NCBI GenBank assembly: GCA_963805945.1
Contig: CAWDVP010000003.1
Location: forward strand, 1 to 64,000
DNA length: 64,000 bases
Reading direction: 5' to 3'
Origin: Vulcanimicrobiota bacterium
GTDB lineage: Bacteria; Vulcanimicrobiota; Vulcanimicrobiia; Eremiobacterales; Eremiobacteraceae
Positions 56,264 through 64,000 of the stretch are shown piece by piece (the first letter of the stretch is position 1; every line of letters begins with the position of its first letter). Made by a program: the position numbers and the translations under genes. Below the pieces are notes generated by a model. The model made no database searches and was not told the DNA's origin. It saw only the letters and a list, made by a program, of their open reading frames with translations.

Positions 56264-57271
56264 TCAGGCCTTTCCGTGCAGCGCGACGATCGCGGCGGTG
56301 ACGAGCAGATTGAGGACCGCGACCGGCAGGAGCACCTTCCAGCCGAACGCCATGAGCCGGTCGTAGCGCAGGCGCGGCAGGGTGGCGCGGATCCAGATCA
56401 GGCCGAAGAGCATCGCGCCGACCTTCACGAGGAACCACAGGATCGAGAGCCACGGGACCACCGACACGAACGGGCCGTCGCCGCCGCCCAGGAACAGCAG
56501 CGTCGCGATCGCCGAGACGGTGATCATGTTGACGTACTCGGCCACGAAGAACGTGCCGAAGCGCAGGCTCGAATATTCCGTGTGGAAGCCGGCGACGAGT
56601 TCGGTCTCGGCTTCGGGCAGGTCGAACGGCGCGCGATTGGTCTCGGCCGTCGCGGTGATGCCGTAGATGAGGAAGCCGACGAACTGCGGGATGAAGAACC
56701 ACACATGGTGCGCCGACTGCGCGGACACGATGGCGTGCAGATCGGTCGTGCCCGCGAGGATGAGGACGCCGACGATCGAGAGCCCCATCGCCAACTCGTA
56801 GGAGATCAGTTGCGCCGTCGAGCGGATGGCGCCGAGCAGCGGCCACTTCGACTGCGACGACCAGCCGCCGAGCGCGATGCCGTACACGCCGATCGCGCCC
56901 ATCGCGAGCAGGAAGAGCACGCCGACGTTGGGGTTGGCGATCGAGATGGGCGTGCCGTCGGGGAACCAGCCGAGCGGGATGACGGCCCACGCCATGAGCG
57001 CGGTGAGCACGGCGAACGCCGGCGCGATCTTGTAGATGAACGGATCGGCGGTCGAGGGCGTGAGGTCTTCTTTGAAGACGAGCTTCACCGCATCGGCCGC
57101 CGGCTGCATCAACCCCCATGGGCCGCACCAGATCGGTCCGACGCGCAGCTGGAACCAGGCGAGCAGCTTGCGCTCGAAGAGCATGAGGTACGCGAAGGCC
57201 GTCACGACGACGAAGATGAGGATGCCCGACAGGATCGCGATGCGCAGCACGGTCTGTATGTCGGGGTTCAC
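56264..57271 (-). CDS. nuoH: NADH-quinone oxidoreductase subunit H
   Basis: ERK..Q.RVGP, ADAVKL..KE, AETNRAPFDLPEAETELVAGFHTEYS, PRLRYD. Confidence 0.96.
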   Translation of the reverse strand: MNPDIQTVLRIAILSGILIFVVVTAFAYLMLFERKLLAWFQLRVGPIWCGPWGLMQPAADAVKLVFKEDLTPSTADPFIYKIAPAFAVLTALMAWAVIPLGWFPDGTPISIANPNVGVLFLLAMGAIGVYGIALGGWSSQSKWPLLGAIRSTAQLISYELAMGLSIVGVLILAGTTDLHAIVSAQSAHHVWFFIPQFVGFLIYGITATAETNRAPFDLPEAETELVAGFHTEYSSLRFGTFFVAEYVNMITVSAIATLLFLGGGDGPFVSVVPWLSILWFLVKVGAMLFGLIWIRATLPRLRYDRLMAFGWKVLLPVAVLNLLVTAAIVALHGKA

Positions 57272-59655
57272 GCGGTGGCCTCGCTGCGCTGCGCCGCCAG
57301 CGCGACGGTGACGCTGCCGCTGCCCGACGCGTCGGTGAGCCGGTTGACCGGCTGCTCCGGCATGTCGGCCGGCACGAGCACGACGCCGACCGGCGCTTGC
57401 GACGAGACGCGCGCCGCGACGGTGATCGAGCCGCCGCGCCCGGTGAGCGTCGTCATGCGGCCCTCGGCGATGCCGAGCAAGAGCGCATCGTCCTCGTGGA
57501 AGATCGCGAACGGCTGCGGCCGCATCGGCGCGAGACCTGGATCGTGCGCGCTCGGTCCGCCGCCGGCGTACAGGCGCGGCACGGTCAGCACCACCATGGT
57601 CTTGCGGCGCGGATCGAGCGTGTCGGCGTGCGGCGAGGCGACGGTCTCAGCCGTCGGCCGCGGCAGTTCTTTGGACGCCGCGGTGCGCGAGGCGGCCTCC
57701 GCTTTCTCCAGCCGTGCGAGCAGCCAATCGGGATCGGCCGAGAGCGCATCAGGCTTGCCCAACGCTGCAGCGAGCGCTGCGAGCATCGCCGCATCGGTGC
57801 ACACGTGCACCGGCGCCTCGACGGCCTGGGCGAACGCCTGCCGGCGTCCTTCGAGATTGGTGACGTGTCCGCGCTTCTCGGCGAACGAGGCCGCGGCGAA
57901 CACGACGTCGGCGTACGACGCGGTCTCGGTCATCACTTGATCGGCGACCACGAGGAACGGCACGCTGTCGAGCGCCTTGCGCACGAGCGCGCCATCCGGG
58001 TAGGTGAGCGCAGGGTTGGCGCCGGCGATGATCAGCGCGTCGAGCTTGCCGGCCGCGGCCGCCTCGAGCATCTGGCCCGTGGTCATGCCGGGCTTGTCCA
58101 CAGGCGCGTAGCCCGCGTCGAGATTGGGCACGCAGCCGGTGGCCTCGGCGCCGCGAGAATTGCCCTGGCTGCCGACGATGAGGATGCCGACCTGATGATC
58201 GTTGCGCGCCAGCGCTTCCATGAGGCGCTCGAGCGCGGCGCTGGCGACGGCGTTGCGCCCGTTGTGGATCGCGATGATCTTCTCGGCTTTCACGAACGCC
58301 TGCGCGAGGTCGCCGACGAAACCGCCGCCGGTCTCCTTGCCGTGCGCCACCGCGTCGGCGAGCGAGCCCATGAGATCGCCGATCGCGCCGGGCGTGTACT
58401 CGACGTAGCGGAACGGCACCGCGAGATCCGGGCGATATGGGCCGACGAAGACGAGTTGCGCCTTGCCGCGCGCGACTGCCTTGCGGATGCGCAGGTCGAG
58501 GATCGGCGCCTGCTCGGGCGTGATCGCGCCGAACATCAAGATGAGCGAGGCGTCGTCAAGGTCGGCGATATGCGCGCCGAAACGCGCCGGCGAGGCGAAC
58601 TTCTGCAGGCGGACGCGGTGATCGATGTTATTGGTGCCCAGCACGTCGCGCGCGAAGCGCGCCAGGGCGAACGCCTCTTCGTCCGAGAGACGCCCGCCGC
58701 CGATGACGCCGACGCGGCCGGACTTAGCGGCGACTGCGAGCTTCTCCGCCGTGAACGCGACCGCTTCGTCGAAGGTCGTCTCGACGAGATCGGCGTCTTT
58801 GCGCAGCAGCGGCTTGCGCAGGCGCGACGGCTCGTACAGGTAGTTGAAGGTGTAGCGGCCACGGTCGCAGATCCAGCCGCCGTCCACGGCGTCGTTCTCG
58901 CGCGTAAAGGTGCGCATGACCCGTCCGAAGCGCGTGTCGATGCGATAGTTGCAGCCGACTGAGCATTGCGTGCACACCGAGTCCGCATGGCCGAGATCCC
59001 ACGGCCGCGCGCGGAAACGATACGCCTTGCTGGTGAGCGCGCCGACCGGGCAGATCTCCGTCGTGTTGCCCGAGAAATACGACGTGTACTCACCGCCGTC
59101 GACGGTGCCGATGAGCGAACCATGGCCTCGCTCGACCACCACCAGGTTGCGCTCTTGCGCGATCTGATCGTCGAAGCGCGTGCAGCGCCGGCACAGGATG
59201 CAGCGTTCCTCGTCCAACACGATGGTCGGGCCGAGGTCGACGCGTTTGGGCTTGTGCAGTTTGGGCTCGGTGAGCCGGCTCGCCCCCGGGCCGTACTCCA
59301 TGGTGAAATCTTGGAGATCGCATTCGCCGCCCTTGTCGCAGATCGGACAATCCAACGGGTGGTTGAGCAGCAAGAACTCGAGCACGCCGCGGCGCGCTTC
59401 CGCCACCTTGGGCGATGCGGTATGCACGACCATGCCGTCCGTGCAGCGCGTGGAGCAGGCGATCTGCAGCTTGGGCATCTTCTCGATCTCGACCAGGCAG
59501 ATGCGGCACAAGCCGGCGGGGTCCATCTTGGGATGGTAGCAGTACACCGGCACCTGCGTGCCGATGGTCTTGGCGGCCTCGACGACGAGCGTGCCGTCGG
59601 GCACCGCGACCTCTTGCCCGTCGATGACGACCTTGATGATCTTCGCGTCGCTCAT
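57268..59655 (-). CDS. nuoG: NADH-quinone oxidoreductase subunit G (includes N7 cluster motif)
   Basis: CYHP..GLCRICLV, HPLDCPICDKGGECDLQD, CILCRRC, CTQCSVGC..WICDRGR. Confidence 0.95.
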   Translation of the reverse strand: MSDAKIIKVVIDGQEVAVPDGTLVVEAAKTIGTQVPVYCYHPKMDPAGLCRICLVEIEKMPKLQIACSTRCTDGMVVHTASPKVAEARRGVLEFLLLNHPLDCPICDKGGECDLQDFTMEYGPGASRLTEPKLHKPKRVDLGPTIVLDEERCILCRRCTRFDDQIAQERNLVVVERGHGSLIGTVDGGEYTSYFSGNTTEICPVGALTSKAYRFRARPWDLGHADSVCTQCSVGCNYRIDTRFGRVMRTFTRENDAVDGGWICDRGRYTFNYLYEPSRLRKPLLRKDADLVETTFDEAVAFTAEKLAVAAKSGRVGVIGGGRLSDEEAFALARFARDVLGTNNIDHRVRLQKFASPARFGAHIADLDDASLILMFGAITPEQAPILDLRIRKAVARGKAQLVFVGPYRPDLAVPFRYVEYTPGAIGDLMGSLADAVAHGKETGGGFVGDLAQAFVKAEKIIAIHNGRNAVASAALERLMEALARNDHQVGILIVGSQGNSRGAEATGCVPNLDAGYAPVDKPGMTTGQMLEAAAAGKLDALIIAGANPALTYPDGALVRKALDSVPFLVVADQVMTETASYADVVFAAASFAEKRGHVTNLEGRRQAFAQAVEAPVHVCTDAAMLAALAAALGKPDALSADPDWLLARLEKAEAASRTAASKELPRPTAETVASPHADTLDPRRKTMVVLTVPRLYAGGGPSAHDPGLAPMRPQPFAIFHEDDALLLGIAEGRMTTLTGRGGSITVAARVSSQAPVGVVLVPADMPEQPVNRLTDASGSGSVTVALAAQRSEATA

Positions 59656-60938
59656 GCCACGCCCGCCATCGAACGCTTCAGCGGACAGCCGCCCTGCGTG
59701 ATGTGCGCCTGGAACTCTTCGGGGAAACGGCGCAGCACCGACGCGAGGAACGGCATGATCGAGTCGCCGAGCGGGCACAGGTTCGTGCCGGTGATCGTCT
59801 GGTTGATGACGCGCAGCACGCCGAGGTCTTTCTCGGAACCCTCGCCCGCTTCGAGGCGAGCCACCATGCGCGCGACCCACTGGCCGCCCTCGCGGCACGG
59901 CGTGCACTGGCCGCACGACTCGTGCTCGAAGAATCGGGTGAGCGTACTCGCGGCGCGCACCATGCACGTCGTGTCGTCCATGACCACGAACCCGCCCGAG
60001 CCGAGCATCGTGCCCTTGGCGCCCAACGAATCGAAGTCGATGTGGACGTCGAGATCGTCTTCGAACAGCGCGGCGGACGACGCGCCGCCCGGCTGGAACG
60101 CTTTGAGCCGCCGGCCCGGCGGCAGGCCGCCGGCGAGCTCGATGAGATCGCGCGCTGCGATGCCGAGCGGCACCTCGTAGTTGCCCGGTTTGCGGACGTG
60201 CCCGCTCACCGACATGATCTTCGGCCCGGGCGACTTCTCAGGTCCGATCGCGGCGAACCACGGCGCGCCGCGCTCGATGATGTGCTTCACGTAGCCGAGC
60301 GTCTCGACGTTGTTGACGACCGTCGGCATCCCATAGAGCCCCGCGACCGCGGGGAACGGCGGCTTGAGGCGCGGCTCGCCGCGCTTGCCCTCGATGGATT
60401 CGAGCTGCGCGGTCTCCTCACCGCAGATGTACGCGCCCGAGCCGCGATGGATGACGAGGTCGAGCGAGAAGTCCGTGCCGAGGATCTTGTCGCCGACGAA
60501 ATTATGCCGCAGCGACGCTTCGAGCGCGCGCTTGAAGATGCGATAGCCCTCGAGGAACTCGCCGCGGATGTAGATGAACGCGCGCCGCGCGCCGATGGCG
60601 TAGGCGCTGATCACCGTGCCCTCGATGATCTGCAGCGGCGTCTGTTCGAGCAGCATGTGGTCCTTGAACGTGCCGGGCTCCGCTTCGTCGCAGTTGACGA
60701 CCAGGTAACGCGGGCGGCCGTCTTTGGGCAAGAAGCTCCACTTGCGGCCGGTGGGGAAGCCCGCGCCGCCGCGGCCGCGCAGGTTGGACGCGCTCACCTC
60801 GCTCTGCACCGCCTCGGCGGTCATCTCGGTGAGCGCCTTTCTTAGCCCGACGAAGCCGCCGTTGCGCAGGTAGACGTCCATGTCGGCGAGATCGAGTTCG
60901 CCGATGCCCTTGGTCAAGACCGGTTCGTACGTGGCCAC
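59652..60938 (-). CDS. nuoF: NADH-quinone oxidoreductase subunit F
   Basis: LRGRGGAGFPTG.KW, DEAEPGTFKD, GAYICGEETA, ESCGQCTPCREG. Confidence 0.96.
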   Translation of the reverse strand: MATYEPVLTKGIGELDLADMDVYLRNGGFVGLRKALTEMTAEAVQSEVSASNLRGRGGAGFPTGRKWSFLPKDGRPRYLVVNCDEAEPGTFKDHMLLEQTPLQIIEGTVISAYAIGARRAFIYIRGEFLEGYRIFKRALEASLRHNFVGDKILGTDFSLDLVIHRGSGAYICGEETAQLESIEGKRGEPRLKPPFPAVAGLYGMPTVVNNVETLGYVKHIIERGAPWFAAIGPEKSPGPKIMSVSGHVRKPGNYEVPLGIAARDLIELAGGLPPGRRLKAFQPGGASSAALFEDDLDVHIDFDSLGAKGTMLGSGGFVVMDDTTCMVRAASTLTRFFEHESCGQCTPCREGGQWVARMVARLEAGEGSEKDLGVLRVINQTITGTNLCPLGDSIMPFLASVLRRFPEEFQAHITQGGCPLKRSMAGVA

Positions 60939-60942
60939 AGCG

Positions 60943-61433
<491 letters not shown>

Positions 61434-61437
<4 letters not shown>

Positions 61438-62666
61438 CGGTCGACCTCGCCGAACACCGGGTCCAGGCTGCCGATGATGGCCACGACGTCGGCGATGAGG
61501 CTGCCGATCGCCAGCCTGCGCAGCGCCTGCAGGTTGTAAAAGGAGGGCGGTCGCCAGCGCACGCGCCATGGCTTGTTGCCGCCGGCGCTCGTCAGGTACA
61601 TGCCCATCTCGCCGCGCGGGCTCTCGACCGACTGGTAGATGTGGCCCTCGGGCACGTTGAAGCCGGATGACACGAGCTTGAAGTGATGGATGAGCGCTTC
61701 CATCGAGTGCTGGATCTCGGTCTTGGGCGGCGAGATGATCTTGCGGTCGTCGATGGTGACGGGGCCGTCGGGGAACTTCTCACGCGCCTGCTTGATGATC
61801 CGCCACGCCTGATACATCTCGTCGAGCCGGACGACGAAACGGCTGTAGCAGTCGCCGGCCGTGCGCACCGGGATGTCGAAGTCATACGTCTCGTAGCCGC
61901 TGTACGGGAACGCCTTGCGCACGTCGTACGGCACGCCGCTCGCGCGCAGGATCGGCCCGGTGAGCCCCCAGTCGATCGCCTCTTGCGCGCTGATCACCCC
62001 GACGCCGACCAGGCGGTCCATGATGATGACGTTCTTCTCAAGGATGGTGCGCATGTCGGTGAGACGCTCGGGGAAGCGCCCGAGAAAGTCGTCGATCTTG
62101 GCGAGGAAGCCCACGGGCACGTCGATGCCGAGGCCGCCGATGCGGAACCACGACTGGTGCATGCGCGCGCCGGTCACGAACTCCATGATCTCGAGGATGC
62201 GCTCGCGCATCTCGAACGCGTACATGAAGATGGATTGCGCGCCCAGGTCCATCGCATGCGTGCCGAGCTGCACGAGATGGCTCGCGATGCGCGTGAGCTC
62301 GGCGAACATGACGCGCAGCACTTGCGCGCGCGGCGGGATGTCGTGAATACCGAGCAGCCGCTCGGCGCCGAGCACGTAGCACAGGCTGTTCGAGAGCGGC
62401 GCGAGATAATCGGCGCGGTCCACCACGGTGACGGCCTGCTGCCAGAAGAGGTTCTCGGCTTGCTTCTCGATGCCGGTGTGGAGAAAACCGATCTCGGGCT
62501 CGGCCGCGAGCACCGTCTCGCCGTCGAGGCGCAGCATGACGCGCAGCACGCCGTGCGTGCTCGGATGCTGCGGTCCCATCGACAGGACGAGCGTGTCGCG
62601 CTCGTCGCCGGCGACCGCGGTCATGTCCGGGCTGGTCTCGTACGCGGAGAGGTCGGTGACGCTCAC
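61434..62666 (-). CDS. nuoD: NADH-quinone oxidoreductase subunit D
   Basis: [32 protein letters not shown]; no NiFe CxxC motifs. Confidence 0.96.
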
Positions 62667-63238
62667 TTCGTCACCACCGGGGGCACATCGCCCGCTTTGC
62701 CGCCTGGGCTGAAGCGACGGTTGAGGCCGCGCAGCGGATAATCCTTACGCAGCGGATGGCCTTCCCAATCGTCGGGCATGAGGATGCGCCGCAGATCGGG
62801 GTGGCCGTCGAAACGGATGCCGAAAAGATCCCACGCCTCGCGCTCCGGCCAATCCGCGTTGGGCCACAGGCCGGTGAGCGACGGCACGACCGGGTTGAGA
62901 TCGTCGGCGAACACGCGCAGGCGGAAACGCGCGGGGACCAACGCCGCGGCGGATGGAGCGGTCGAGCGGCGGATCGTCATTCGACCGAAGGCCAGCAGAT
63001 GATACGATATCTCGAAGCGCGGCGTCAGCGGCAGATGGTCGGTGACGCCGATGTCGAGCAGGTGGTCATAGCCGCCCTCGCGCAGGATCGCGATCGCCGG
63101 CAGCAGCGAGGCCGCCGGAATGGCCGCTTCATCCATGTCCTGCGCGGAGACCGCTTCGAGCAGCGAGCTGCCAAGCGACGCGGAGAGCTTGTCGAGGACC
63201 GCGGCGTTGCCCGCTCGTCCGGCAGGCGTGTCAGGCAC
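62663..63238 (-). CDS. nuoC: NADH-quinone oxidoreductase subunit C
   Basis: [47 protein letters not shown]. Confidence 0.95.
   Translation of the reverse strand: MPDTPAGRAGNAAVLDKLSASLGSSLLEAVSAQDMDEAAIPAASLLPAIAILREGGYDHLLDIGVTDHLPLTPRFEISYHLLAFGRMTIRRSTAPSAAALVPARFRLRVFADDLNPVVPSLTGLWPNADWPEREAWDLFGIRFDGHPDLRRILMPDDWEGHPLRKDYPLRGLNRRFSPGGKAGDVPPVVTK
62953..62987 (+). repeat. REP-like palindrome, family B with expanded loop, inside nuoC
   Basis: ATGGAGCGGTCGA-gcggcggatcg-TCATTCGACCG: the first 13 and last 11 nt are identical to the copy at 50045-50070. Confidence 0.75.
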
Positions 63239-63713
63239 GCGCGAGCACGTTGGCTTTGCCGCCGGCTTCGATCTCGCGGCGCAGCTGCATGAGCGCGTAG
63301 ATCAAAGCGTCAGGGCTGGGCGGGCAGCCCGGCACGTAGACGTCGACCGGCAGGATCGAATCGACGCCCGGCAAGATCGCGTAGTTGTCGAAGACGCCGC
63401 CGGAGGACGCGCACGCGCCCATCGAGATGACCCATTTCGGATCGGGCATCTGGTCGTACAGCTGGCGCAGGATGGGCGCCATCTTGTTGGCGACGCGGCC
63501 CGACACGATCATGAGATCGCTCTGGCGCGGCGACGAACGGAAGACCTCGGCGCCGAAGCGCGACGTGTCGTAGCGCGGCGAGACGATGCTCATCATCTCG
63601 ATCGCGCAGCAGGCGAGACCCATCGTCATGGGCCAGATCGCGGATGCCTGCGCCCAGCGGATGAAATCGTCGAGCTTGGTCGTGATGAACGGCTGCTGCG
63701 GGCTCATCTCCAT
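63231..63713 (-). CDS. nuoB: NADH-quinone oxidoreductase subunit B
   Basis: [31 protein letters not shown]. Confidence 0.96.
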   Translation of the reverse strand: MEMSPQQPFITTKLDDFIRWAQASAIWPMTMGLACCAIEMMSIVSPRYDTSRFGAEVFRSSPRQSDLMIVSGRVANKMAPILRQLYDQMPDPKWVISMGACASSGGVFDNYAILPGVDSILPVDVYVPGCPPSPDALIYALMQLRREIEAGGKANVLARA

Positions 63714-64000
63714 GAGAAGCCGCCTTTCTTCCACACGTAGGCGTAGCCGATGCCGAGCACGACGATGAACGCGATCATCTCCACGAGACCGAACGCGCCG
63801 AGCTCGCGCAGCTTCACCGCCCAGGGATAGAACGAGGCCGCTTCGACGTCGAAGATGACGAACAGCATGGCGACCAGGTAGAAGCGCACCGGAAAACGCC
63901 CGAGCATCGACGAGGTCGGCGGGACGCCGCACTCGTAAGGCTCGAGTTTCTCCGTCGTCGGCCGCTTCTTGGTGAAAGCGCCGGGCGCGATCACGATAAG
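63704..64000 (-). CDS. nuoA: NADH-quinone oxidoreductase subunit A (5' end beyond the window)
   Basis: [29 protein letters not shown]. Confidence 0.95.
   Translation of the reverse strand, partial: LIVIAPGAFTKKRPTTEKLEPYECGVPPTSSMLGRFPVRFYLVAMLFVIFDVEAASFYPWAVKLRELGAFGLVEMIAFIVVLGIGYAYVWKKGGFSWR

Overview
GC-rich bacterial chromosome segment. The diderm envelope genes and many secreted hypothetical proteins suggest Candidatus Eremiobacterota/Vulcanimicrobiota, but this is inference only. Left to right: a truncated TrkA-N/RCK gene; ETF-quinone oxidoreductase; a marR-emrA-emrB-(HTH-MBL) efflux operon with a consensus sigma70 promoter; a compositionally distinct accessory block (~8.3-18 kb: arylsulfatase, HAD phosphatase, broken 2H phosphoesterase, PAP2/vanadium-haloperoxidase-like protein, DUF1254/1214, aspartyl protease); Tat-type beta carbonic anhydrase; an indel-riddled trio of adenylate-cyclase/STAND protein, ~60-aa small protein and S53 sedolisin; envelope and stress genes; a tandem pair of retropepsin-like proteases, one apparently inactive; beta-propeller lipoproteins; rfbC; an APC permease; a PKD/beta-barrel outer-membrane protein divergent from an M16 peptidase; and a nuoA-N complex I operon running off the right edge. 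I saw no rRNA, tRNA, CRISPR array, integrase or transposase. The strongest signal outside the annotated genes is two related REP-like palindrome families with ATGTAG/ATGGAG feet and TTYA loops. One family sits both intergenically and in-frame inside coding sequence (the NuoC loop and the N-terminus of a lipoprotein), like Rickettsia palindromic elements. Also seen: a recurrent SigH-like promoter motif and an 11-bp-periodic regulator box upstream of a Spy/CpxP gene. Most scattered frameshifts look like long-read consensus errors.
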